Of a stretch of 64,000 nt of DNA, positions 21,106 to 29,996 are shown piece after piece. The notes beneath the pieces were generated by a model that made no database searches, had not been told where the DNA came from, and saw only the letters and a program-made list of their open reading frames with translations. Position 1 is the stretch's first letter. Each line of letters starts with the position of its first letter. Both the position numbers and the translations under genes were made by a program. The DNA comes from an uncultured delta proteobacterium (lineage in GTDB: Bacteria; Myxococcota_A; Polyangia; Polyangiales; Polyangiaceae), in contig CAVOKF010000005.1 in assembly GCA_963696385.1 (NCBI GenBank), positions 32,001 to 96,000 on the forward strand. Reading direction: 5' to 3'.

Positions 21106-21858
21106 ATGAGAAACGCACTCCACCCTTCGATTCACCGGAGTCGCTCGGCGCCCACGGGCATCCTGGAAGGGCTGCGAGGGGCGGTCGTCGTCTTCGCCAA
21201 GGACGTCCGCATCGAGATGGCCACTCGCGAGATCGTCACCACGACGACGTTCTTTGCCGCGCTGGTGACCATTTTGACGAGCGTGGCGCTCACGACGGGG
21301 CCGCAAGCGACCATCCAAGTCGGCCCTGGAACGCTGTGGCTCGCCGTCCTGTTCTCGTCGATCCTCGCGCTCGGCCGGAGCTGGCAGAGAGAGAGAGAGG
21401 AGGCGGCGCTCTTGGGCCTGCTCGTTTCGCCCCTGCCACGTGCCGCCATTTGGTTGGGAAAAGCGGCTGCGGTGTTCGTGTTCCTGTGTGCGGTCGAGGT
21501 CGTCGTAGTCCCGCTGGTCGCGCTCGTTTTCAACGTCGACCTTACGCACGTCGTCGGCGTGCTGGCGCTCGTCATGGTCTTCGGCACCGCCGGCGTGGCC
21601 GCCACGGGGACGCTGTTCGGCGCGATGACGGTGCGTACCCGTGCGCGGGAGCTGCTCCTCGCGACCGTTCTATTTCCCCTGCTCTCGCCTGCGCTCCTCT
21701 CGAGCGTCGCCGCCACACGCGAAATTTTTTATGCAACGTCGACCGGTCAGTCGGTCGACCTGCACGAGGTAGGGGATTGGCTGCTCCTTCTCGCGGTGTT
21801 CGATTTCGTGGCGATCGCCGGGGGGATGGCGCTCTTCGGGGCGATCGTCGAAGACTAA
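21106..21858 (+). CDS. ccmB: Heme exporter protein CcmB
   Basis: 'KDVRIE', 'GTLWLAVLFS', 'E.EEAAL.GLL', 'IWLGK', 'LLFPL'-like; about six TM helices. Confidence 0.85.
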   Translation: MRNALHPSIHRSRSAPTGILEGLRGAVVVFAKDVRIEMATREIVTTTTFFAALVTILTSVALTTGPQATIQVGPGTLWLAVLFSSILALGRSWQREREEAALLGLLVSPLPRAAIWLGKAAAVFVFLCAVEVVVVPLVALVFNVDLTHVVGVLALVMVFGTAGVAATGTLFGAMTVRTRARELLLATVLFPLLSPALLSSVAATREIFYATSTGQSVDLHEVGDWLLLLAVFDFVAIAGGMALFGAIVED

Positions 21859-21916
21859 GCCCGTCGACGATCCTCCCGACCGCGACGGATGCGACCGTAT
21901 ATTGTGGTGTGCGGTG

Positions 21917-23407
21917 GTGGCGCGCGTCCTAGGCCGGCTCTTACGCACCAAGTCGATCGACGCCGTGGTCGCTGATGCGGGGCGCAGCGATGCGTCGCTC
22001 AGGCGGGTTCTCGGGCCCGTGAGTCTCGTCATGTTCGGCATTGGCGCAATCATCGGCACGGGAATCTTCGCGACCATCGGAACGGCGTACTCGGGCGACG
22101 CCACCCGCTTGGGCGCTGGGCCCGCCGTGATGGTTTCATTCGCGGTCACTTCAGTGGTCTGCGGCTTTACCGCGATGTGTTACGCGGAATTCGCCGCCAT
22201 GGTCCCCGTTGCGGGCAGTGCGTACACTTACGCATACGCAACCCTGGGCGAGTTGGCCGCGTGGATCATCGGGTGGGACCTGCTTCTAGAGTACGCGATT
22301 GGGAATACAGCGGTCGCGATCTCGTGGGCTTCCTATGCGGACGCCTTTCTGCGCGGCCTCAACGTTGTGCTGCCTCGTTGGCTGGTCACCGACTATCGGA
22401 CGGCCGCCATCACACCGGGGGTTCTCGCCGACGCGCCGCACGTATTCGGCCTGCCCGTCGTTTTCAACGGGCTGGCGTGCGCCGTCGTCACTGCAATCAC
22501 CATCATTCTGACGTGGGGTGTCCAAGCCTCGGCGCGATTCAATACGGCTATGGTCATGGTGAAGCTCGGAACGCTCGCGTTCTTCGTATTCTCGTGCGTG
22601 AAATTCGCGAGACCGGAGCATTGGCAGCCGTTTGCCCCCAACGGTTGGACCGGGATCGCGTCGGGTGCCGCCGTCGTTTTCTTCGCATACATCGGCTTCG
22701 ACGCCGTTTCGACGTGCTCGGAGGAATGCCGCGATCCGGGCCGCGACATGCCTGTCGGCATTATCGGGTCGCTCGCGATCTGCACGGCCTTGTACGTTCT
22801 CGTCGCCGGTGTCTTTTCTTCACTGATGCCATATGGCGAGTTCGTCCGCCTCGACGCGACCCAACGCGCCCAAGCGCTCGCGGTTGCCATGGAGCACGTC
22901 CATATGCCGGCTTGGGCCGTCGGCGTCGTTGCCCTGGGCTCGGTAGTTGCGCAAACTGCCGTGTTGTTCGTGTTTCAGCTGGGCCAACCGCGTATTCTAC
23001 TGGCGATGGCGCGCGACGGGTTGCTCCCGCCGATTTTTGCCCGCGTGCATCGGCGGTTTCGGACACCCCACGTCTCCACCGTGGTGACGGGGGTGGTCGT
23101 CGGCGTCGGCAGCGGCTTGGCCAGCGTCGATGAGATGGTCGATCTCACGAACATCGGAACCCTCTTCGCCTTCATCCTCGTGTGCATCGGAATCGTGATC
23201 CTCCGGTACCGAGAGCCGAACCGACGTCGCCCGTTCCGGGTCCCCTTCGGCGCCTGGGTCATCCCATCGGCTGGTGTCGCGTGCTGCGCTCTGCTCATCG
23301 CCTACTTGCCTCCCGCTTCGTGGCTCCGCTTCGTGGGCTGGCTCGTCGTCGGTCTCGTGGTGTACGGGGCTTACGGATTTGGGCGATCGAGGCTGGGCCG
23401 GCTCTGA
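21917..23407 (+). CDS. APC-family amino acid permease (cationic amino acid transporter-like)
   Basis: 'GIGAIIGTGIF', 'YAEFAAMVPVAGSAYTY', 'FFAYIGFDAVST', 'RDGLLP'. Confidence 0.92.
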   Translation: MARVLGRLLRTKSIDAVVADAGRSDASLRRVLGPVSLVMFGIGAIIGTGIFATIGTAYSGDATRLGAGPAVMVSFAVTSVVCGFTAMCYAEFAAMVPVAGSAYTYAYATLGELAAWIIGWDLLLEYAIGNTAVAISWASYADAFLRGLNVVLPRWLVTDYRTAAITPGVLADAPHVFGLPVVFNGLACAVVTAITIILTWGVQASARFNTAMVMVKLGTLAFFVFSCVKFARPEHWQPFAPNGWTGIASGAAVVFFAYIGFDAVSTCSEECRDPGRDMPVGIIGSLAICTALYVLVAGVFSSLMPYGEFVRLDATQRAQALAVAMEHVHMPAWAVGVVALGSVVAQTAVLFVFQLGQPRILLAMARDGLLPPIFARVHRRFRTPHVSTVVTGVVVGVGSGLASVDEMVDLTNIGTLFAFILVCIGIVILRYREPNRRRPFRVPFGAWVIPSAGVACCALLIAYLPPASWLRFVGWLVVGLVVYGAYGFGRSRLGRL

Positions 23408-23446
23408 TTCGGAAGCCCCAACGGGAATCCGTGTACCTTCGCGGTC

Positions 23447-24946
23447 GTGCGCCGCCGCCCCCTTCGTCTTGGAAGCAGCACGATTTTCGATCTTCTCGTC
23501 GCCCTGTTCGCGTCCACGCCCGCCTGGATCGTGAAGCATCCCCCGCTTGAAGATCTGCCGCTGCACCTGGCAACCATTCGAATCATCAAGAGCTTTCACG
23601 ACCCAGTCTTCCGGTTCGACCAGTACTTCGTGCTGACGCTCGGACGGACGCAGTACGTTCTCTACTATTTGGCCGGTGCGGCCCTAGCCACTGCAATCGG
23701 CGTAGTCGGGGCCAACGTGGTGCTCATGTCGTCGTACCTCGGCGGGACCATTCTGGCGCTGCGGTCGCTGCTGCAGGCGCTCAACCGCGATGAGCGTCTG
23801 AGCCTGCTTATCATCCCGCTGCTCGTCAACGTGATGTTCGTCTACGGGCTCTTTCCCTTCTTGCTCGGCATTCCCATCATGTTTTGGGCCCTCGGCGCGG
23901 CTGTGCGTCACTTCGAGCGGCTGTCCATTGGGACCAGCATCCTTCTAGGTACCTTGGCGCTGGCGCTCTTTTACTCCCACATTTTTCCGTTCGGAATTTT
24001 CTGCATCGGCTTCGCCGCGATGTTTCCGTGGGGTAGACCGTCCCGCTGGCTCCGCGCGGCCACTCCCGTCGCCCCAGCTTTCGTTGTGCTGGTATCGTGG
24101 ACGTTGCTCACCAAGGCGGGCAAGCTCGTGAGCGCTGCAGCCACGGACAACGGCGGGGATCCGCGGTTACCCGTCGACGCTGCGATCGAGCAAATTCCGA
24201 AATGGTTCACCAATGTGCTCCGCGACACTACCGACGAGGTGACGGTCGTAGCCCTCGCGATCGTGGTCGTAGCGGCTTTCGGTTTATCGCTCGGAGATTC
24301 CGATCATCCCAAGGCTCACGTCCGCGCATACACGGCGCTTCCGGTCGCCTGCATCGTGCTGTACTTTCTGTTGCCCCAGGGACACGGCTATATCTGGCTC
24401 ATCGCGCAGCGGTTTCCGATTCTGTTCGCGATGACGGCCATTCCACTCGTCAGGATGCCGCGCGGAGCACGCGGGCATGTGGTCGCCTTCGCAGCTCTCG
24501 CCGTCGGCGTGAGCTCGATCGTCAATACGTGCCGACACTTCATCCGATTCGAGGTCGAGGAGGTTGGCGACATCGACGACGTCATCGCCTCCATGCAGCC
24601 GGGCCGAAAGGTGTGTGCCCTCATCTACGACAAGGGGTCGGCCATCGTGAACAATCAGCCGTTTCTCCACTTTGGTTCATATTATCAAGTACGAAAAGGT
24701 GGCGTGGTCATGTTCACATTCGCCGGGTACGCGCACTGGCCCGTCGATTTCCAGCCGGGCAAGTACCCGCCGCCGGGCGGTCCCGCCCGCTTGCGATGGG
24801 AGTGGACCCCGGAGTCTGTGCCAATCTCGGAAGTGTATCCGTACTACGATTATGTGCTCAGCCGCGGTGCTGGTTTCCGGCCCCCGCCCGGCACGTACCA
24901 TCCGGCGTCACGCTCGGGACGCTGGACCGTTTGGGCCAAGGACTGA
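23447..24946 (+). CDS. Polytopic membrane protein, possibly GT-C-like transferase
   Basis: Early 'EDLPLH' loop motif, about 10 or more TM helices, soluble C-terminal domain. Confidence 0.7.
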   Translation: MRRRPLRLGSSTIFDLLVALFASTPAWIVKHPPLEDLPLHLATIRIIKSFHDPVFRFDQYFVLTLGRTQYVLYYLAGAALATAIGVVGANVVLMSSYLGGTILALRSLLQALNRDERLSLLIIPLLVNVMFVYGLFPFLLGIPIMFWALGAAVRHFERLSIGTSILLGTLALALFYSHIFPFGIFCIGFAAMFPWGRPSRWLRAATPVAPAFVVLVSWTLLTKAGKLVSAAATDNGGDPRLPVDAAIEQIPKWFTNVLRDTTDEVTVVALAIVVVAAFGLSLGDSDHPKAHVRAYTALPVACIVLYFLLPQGHGYIWLIAQRFPILFAMTAIPLVRMPRGARGHVVAFAALAVGVSSIVNTCRHFIRFEVEEVGDIDDVIASMQPGRKVCALIYDKGSAIVNNQPFLHFGSYYQVRKGGVVMFTFAGYAHWPVDFQPGKYPPPGGPARLRWEWTPESVPISEVYPYYDYVLSRGAGFRPPPGTYHPASRSGRWTVWAKD

Positions 24947-25049
24947 CGGTGTAGCGACGCAGGCCGCGGGCTCAAGCTATAAAACTCATGCGCGCGTCTT
25001 CGCGAGGATTATGCCAGTCTCGCTTGCTCCAGCACGACGGTTCGCCCCC

Positions 25050-26207
25050 TCAGATGCTGCTGTTGAGTGGGTCGAACTTACTGCCGCCCGTTGTGAAGGT
25101 CGTGGACTTGCTCTTCGTGGTGGAAGCGCCGTGCGCCGCGGCAGGAGCCGCGCCATGGGCCTTGTGCTTCTTCGACTTTGCCTTGTCGCTATCTTCGACG
25201 TGCGTCTTGTGATCGACGACCGTAAGTTGATCGGTAAAATGAGGGCTCAGTGGCGAATCCGATGGAGGACCAGTGAGGGGAGTGGGCGCAGTAGCCTCTG
25301 CTGTCGCCAAGGGCGGGGCGATAGCGGGAGTCGGCTCCGCGGCCGGTGGCGGCGGTGGCGGTGCAACCCCGACAGCAGATTCCTGTGTTGCTCCCCGCAA
25401 GCCGACGCGCGCCAAATAGGGCTGCGCCCATCGCGGGCGCTGAACGGCTACGGCGGCCAAGCTCCCAACGATCGCCACAGCGACCATTGCGCCGAACCAG
25501 CGCTTTGCGGAGCCGCCGCGAAGCTTCGCCATGTCGGCGTCAATCTCACCAAAATCGACGCTCAATGGGCGCAGGCTGGTGAGGATTGGGCTCCCCGGAC
25601 CCTGTGCGGCAAATCCCGAAGTGGCCCCATTCACCATGTGTGATGCTGGGCTAGACGCAAGGCCGTAGACAAAAGGCTGACCCGCCAACGCGTGCTGAGA
25701 GGAGACGTCGGACGCGTTGGGGCCAGGCTGCGGGATTTGCGACGGGGTCGCCATTCGGCGACTGGCCGCAGCGACGGTGTCGGGCGACGGCGCTCCGAAA
25801 GGCAATTGCGCGACTCGCAGGGGAGCTACCTCTGCCTGAGGTATGGGGTATGCGGGCACACCGTTCGGGATGCCAACCTCGCGTCGGGTCATTTGCGCCG
25901 GGGGCGAGGTCGGTCGCGAGACATCCGTCGCGTGCGCACCGGGCTCCAGCGCCTGCACGTGTTCGGGAGCTGCTGAGTTGGGCGCCGATCCCACGGGCGC
26001 CGACTCGATCAGCTCGACCTCGTCGGTGTCGTCGTCGATGCCAGCGAGCGCGCCGAGCTTCGTCCACTGAGTCGCGCCGGACGCCAGCACCATCGTCTCT
26101 CCGTCGATGTGCCCCGCTTGGAAGGCCTCGTCCAACTGATCGAGCGTGACGCGATGCACGTCCCCGTCAGAGAGCTTTACATACCAATGATCGCCGCTTG
26201 TGCTCAT
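25050..26207 (-). CDS. Bitopic protein with N-terminal GYF_2-like domain and Pro/Ala-rich linkers
   Basis: 'WYVKL..G...VTLDQL..AF..G.ID.ET.V...G..QW..L'; one TM near residue 240; GAAGGAG RBS. Confidence 0.75.
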   Translation of the reverse strand: MSTSGDHWYVKLSDGDVHRVTLDQLDEAFQAGHIDGETMVLASGATQWTKLGALAGIDDDTDEVELIESAPVGSAPNSAAPEHVQALEPGAHATDVSRPTSPPAQMTRREVGIPNGVPAYPIPQAEVAPLRVAQLPFGAPSPDTVAAASRRMATPSQIPQPGPNASDVSSQHALAGQPFVYGLASSPASHMVNGATSGFAAQGPGSPILTSLRPLSVDFGEIDADMAKLRGGSAKRWFGAMVAVAIVGSLAAVAVQRPRWAQPYLARVGLRGATQESAVGVAPPPPPPAAEPTPAIAPPLATAEATAPTPLTGPPSDSPLSPHFTDQLTVVDHKTHVEDSDKAKSKKHKAHGAAPAAAHGASTTKSKSTTFTTGGSKFDPLNSSI

Positions 26208-26341
26208 GCGCTGCTCCTTCAACACGCTCGAGGCGGTTAAACACTATAGCCCGTTGAAGCGTCGGTAGGCGCAGAAGGCACGAAAATGACAGGATATGCA
26301 ATGACACGAGATAATTTTCGTCGCACTAAAACCTGGCGGGA

Positions 26342-27346
26342 TCAAGTCGAGCGAATTGGCGCCGTCTCACTTGCTGCCGGGCCCGTGAGCTCGCGTCGCG
26401 TCAAGGCGGCAACGAGCACGCAAATGCCCGCCATCGTAAGTTGGGCGACGTGCGCTACGAAGGCGATCGATAGAGCGCGTGCGGGTGCGTTGCTGAACCC
26501 AAGCGCCCCCGCGAACGTACCGTATGTACCGTCGGCAACGCCGAGCTGATTGGGAATGACATCGCCGATCGTGGCCCCCACCAAGTGGATGCCGTGGGCG
26601 ATGAAGGCGCCTCGGACATCGCCCATGCCGCCGACTGAGGACAACACGACGCCGTACTGGACGAGCTGGCCCGCCCGCGCAATCGAACATGCCACGGCGC
26701 TGCGCCAAGGCAACACGCTGCGAGTCGCAGGCTCGGACGCCGGGTGCGGTTCGCGCTCCCTTAGCCGGTGCCGGAGCAAGCCGGCGGTCCGATGGAACCA
26801 CCGCGCAAGTGGCCCCCCACGCGTGATCTTTAACAGCCCGGCAGCAATAGCGAACATGAGTGCGGCGTTCCCGGCAAGCAGGAGCGCCAACGGCGCGTGA
26901 ACCCCGAAGCTCCATGCGACGACGCCGAAGGCCGCTGCGGACGCAACGGCGATGGCAAAGACGTAAGCTGCTTGCAACTGCGCGCTCGCGTTCGCGGCCG
27001 CAGCTACTCCGATATGCTGAGAGATGAGCGTTGCCCGCGTTACTTCACCGGCGGCGCGCCCTGCGGGAAGGAGGACCATCATTGCGTACGCGATGGCGGA
27101 GGACCGGACCCAGGTCGACGCCGGCACCTTCGCCGACTGGCGCTGCAGCAATGAGCGGAGCGCGACCACGTCGCCCAAGAGCTGCGCCACCTCGAACGCG
27201 AGAATAGTCGGCATCCACGATCGCCCCTGCCACATCACGTGCGCGACCCGCTCCGGACCGGCGCCACGCACCAGGTACGCGAGGAGAACGAGTCCCGCGG
27301 CCGCCAGCAATGACCTGCCGACAGGGCCTCGGAAGGCGGCGATCAC
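26342..27346 (-). CDS. Lysylphosphatidylglycerol-synthase TM / flippase-like domain protein
   Basis: 'LLPAGRAAGEVTR' and 'IPNQLGVADG' resemble LPG_synthase_TM motifs; GTGA overlap with the upstream aminotransferase stop. Confidence 0.75.
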   Translation of the reverse strand: MIAAFRGPVGRSLLAAAGLVLLAYLVRGAGPERVAHVMWQGRSWMPTILAFEVAQLLGDVVALRSLLQRQSAKVPASTWVRSSAIAYAMMVLLPAGRAAGEVTRATLISQHIGVAAAANASAQLQAAYVFAIAVASAAAFGVVAWSFGVHAPLALLLAGNAALMFAIAAGLLKITRGGPLARWFHRTAGLLRHRLREREPHPASEPATRSVLPWRSAVACSIARAGQLVQYGVVLSSVGGMGDVRGAFIAHGIHLVGATIGDVIPNQLGVADGTYGTFAGALGFSNAPARALSIAFVAHVAQLTMAGICVLVAALTRRELTGPAASETAPIRST

Positions 27347-28701
27347 GACGCCTGTCGGCCTGCCCATTCAGCGATAGCGTGGCGATGCCGCCAAACGCGC
27401 CGAAAGGCCTCGGCGTACCGGTCGACCGTATCGTCGGTTTGGGCGATTAGCGGACAAGACTGCGAAAAGAGCACAAGGGAGCCAGCCAAGAGGCTCCGCG
27501 TCCTCGGATACCGCTCGGGGTCGTAGTTGACGAGCAGGTCCGTACCGTCGCTATGGGATTGGGGAAATCCCGTGGACGAATCGCGCCGCTGAAAGACTGT
27601 TTGGGCGGGTAAGGGTCCCGATTGCCATTGGACTACTTCGAGCCCTTCTGCACGGAGTGCACGGGATACCGCGTCGCGAAAGAGCTCGGGCGGAACGTCG
27701 AGGCCTGCCCGCCTCGGATCGAGGTGGACTCGGAATTTGTGGTGCACAGAGCTGCGTCCAGGCGGAACATGCGGCGGCGTGACACCGTCCAGCTCGGACA
27801 AGGCCAGCGACAGCCGTTCGGCGTTTCGCTGACACCGTTCAGTTCGCTCCGGCAATTCGGCGAGCTGCGCTCGTGCGAAAGCCGCCATCATCTCGTTTCC
27901 GCGGTACATTGAGCCCACCCGACAAGAGTCCAGAGCTCGCAATCCGTCGAGCGGTCGACGCGGATCGTACCCCGCAGCCTCGCCGCGCGAGAGATCTTGC
28001 CCGAAGTTTCGCAGCGAATTCGCCTCCTCAGCGATCGATGCGCTGCTTGTCACCAGGATTCCCCCTTCGCCCGCCGGCAAATTTTTGCTTGATTGCAGCG
28101 AGAAGGCGCCGGCCGTAGCTATTGCGCCGACGCGCCGGCCCTCGAACTCGGCCCCATGGGCTTGGGCCGCATCTTCAATGACGAGTAAGTTGCATCTCCG
28201 CGCGACTCCCATCAGAGCGGCCATGTCGGCCGCGCAGCCGTGCATATGAACCGGCATGAGCGCCCGCGTCCTGGCAGTAACAGCGTCGGAGGCGGCGCCC
28301 GGATCGATGCACCCGGTGAGGGGATCCACGTCTGCGAACACCGGTACTGCGCCAACGTGGATCACGGCTAGAGGTGTAGCGACGAAGCTGTAGGCAGGAA
28401 CAATCACTTCGTCGCCCGCACGCACTCCGGCGGCCGCGAGGGCGATCGCGAGAGCGCTCGTTCCGCAATGTGTCAGCAGTGCGTATTTGACTTCTGCGAA
28501 CTGGGCGAATTCTGCTTCGAGAGCTATGGCTTCCGGAGCGAAGGGTCCCGAAAGGATGCCACGATCGAGAACTCGGGTGATGGCTCGTCGCTCGTTTTCG
28601 GTAATGAGCGGCCACAGCCGGTGCGCCTCTCTACCGATTACGGGAGTCCCTCCGAAGAGGGCGAGGTCGGCGGTGCGGGACGCGGTTCCCGCTAAGGTCA
28701 C
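27343..28701 (-). CDS. DegT/DnrJ/EryC1/StrS-family PLP aminotransferase
   Basis: 'GDEVIVPAYSFVAT', 'PVHMHG', 'IEDAAQAHG', 'FSLQSSKNLPAGEGG' (PLP Lys); GTGA overlap with the ino1 stop. Confidence 0.92.
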   Translation of the reverse strand: MTLAGTASRTADLALFGGTPVIGREAHRLWPLITENERRAITRVLDRGILSGPFAPEAIALEAEFAQFAEVKYALLTHCGTSALAIALAAAGVRAGDEVIVPAYSFVATPLAVIHVGAVPVFADVDPLTGCIDPGAASDAVTARTRALMPVHMHGCAADMAALMGVARRCNLLVIEDAAQAHGAEFEGRRVGAIATAGAFSLQSSKNLPAGEGGILVTSSASIAEEANSLRNFGQDLSRGEAAGYDPRRPLDGLRALDSCRVGSMYRGNEMMAAFARAQLAELPERTERCQRNAERLSLALSELDGVTPPHVPPGRSSVHHKFRVHLDPRRAGLDVPPELFRDAVSRALRAEGLEVVQWQSGPLPAQTVFQRRDSSTGFPQSHSDGTDLLVNYDPERYPRTRSLLAGSLVLFSQSCPLIAQTDDTVDRYAEAFRRVWRHRHAIAEWAGRQAS

Positions 28702-29954
28702 TGCGTGGGCCCCAGGTGGGACTTGGCGCCGTTCGATTGCGAGAGTGCGCGGCTCGTCGCATGCGTCCGTGCCCACTCGAGCAGCAGCTTCTCCTGCTTG
28801 AAAAGGTCGTGGACCGGTGCCTCTCCGGGCGCATGGTACGGAGACTTGAAGAACATCGATAGCTGCCGCTGAATACCCCGTTCGCCCTGTCGTTTCGCGA
28901 CGTCGAGCAGGCGAACGAGATCGATAACGAGCGGTGCGGCGAGAGCCGAGTCCTGACACAGGAAGTTGACCTTGATCTGCATCGGGATTCCGGCAAAACC
29001 CACGATGTCGATGTTGTCCCACGCCTCTTTGGAGTCGCCGCGTGGCTTGTAATAGTGAATGTGAACTTGGTGATTGTCCACGTGGTAGCCCACGATCGAA
29101 TCGAGCACGGCGGCTTTGCTCATGACCTTCGTCTTGTTTGACGATGGCGCGTCGAGTGCCAACCCGTCGCTGTTGCCCAGGACGTTGGTCGAGTACCAGC
29201 CCTCGATGAAGAGCCGCCGCGCTCGGAACATGGATGCCAGCGCCGTTTTCAGCAGCGTCTGGCCGGTTTTCCCGTCCATGCCAGCAAATGGGTTCGCCAT
29301 CTCGTTTGCGTGCTGTTCGAGTGCCGGAACGTTGGTCAAGCTCGGTGTGAAGTTGCAGTACGGGATTTGGAGCTGGTTTGCCGCATAAAAATACCTCATC
29401 GCGGGCGAAATCTCCGGGTCACTCGTATCTAGACCCGCGTGGAACGCACGCAAGTCACGGTGCACGGGCTGTACTTCAAGGAAACGTTCGGTGGACGCGA
29501 GGTTGACCATCACGACGCGATCCAGGCCGTGCTCTTTCTTGAACGACTCCATCTGGCGTTGGACGATGGCGATCTGCTCGCGATGTGTGCTCGCGGCGAT
29601 GAGATTGCCGCCGTCGATGTTTTCGCAGTACGACCTTGCAAATACCGCTGGCCAGGGTCGCACTCGTTCCAGATCCGGGCGCACCTTTTCGAGTACGTGC
29701 TCGAGAAAGACCCCGTGATGGAGCGCGCCTTCATAGACGTTTGCATACTTGAGATCCCATCCTCCGAAGACGAGGTTCTCGAGTGGAGCGAAATCGAGAA
29801 GCTCGGTGATGGACTCGGCGATCCGCGCGTCAGTCCGCTCGGTGACCATCCCGATGCGCGGCACGATGCCACGTTTCATCAGTTCCACGCCGGCGATCAC
29901 GGTCGATGCGACGGCTCCGTTTACTCCAATGATGGCGACCCCGATCCGGTTCAT
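28698..29954 (-). CDS. ino1: myo-inositol-1-phosphate (inositol-3-phosphate) synthase
   Basis: 'GVAIIGVNGAVAST', 'NLASTE', 'DGKTGQT', 'NVLGNSDG', 'DSKEAWD', 'DSALAAPLVIDL', 'FFKSP'. Confidence 0.95.
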   Translation of the reverse strand: MNRIGVAIIGVNGAVASTVIAGVELMKRGIVPRIGMVTERTDARIAESITELLDFAPLENLVFGGWDLKYANVYEGALHHGVFLEHVLEKVRPDLERVRPWPAVFARSYCENIDGGNLIAASTHREQIAIVQRQMESFKKEHGLDRVVMVNLASTERFLEVQPVHRDLRAFHAGLDTSDPEISPAMRYFYAANQLQIPYCNFTPSLTNVPALEQHANEMANPFAGMDGKTGQTLLKTALASMFRARRLFIEGWYSTNVLGNSDGLALDAPSSNKTKVMSKAAVLDSIVGYHVDNHQVHIHYYKPRGDSKEAWDNIDIVGFAGIPMQIKVNFLCQDSALAAPLVIDLVRLLDVAKRQGERGIQRQLSMFFKSPYHAPGEAPVHDLFKQEKLLLEWARTHATSRALSQSNGAKSHLGPTQ

Positions 29955-29996
29955 GGCTACTTGCCTCGTGCGCGATGCTTGACGGGTCCGTGGCGC

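Noticed and set aside
21386..21399. (AG)7 dinucleotide repeat in ccmB
   Set aside because: In frame and encodes QRERE in the conserved charged loop; no evidence of slippage.
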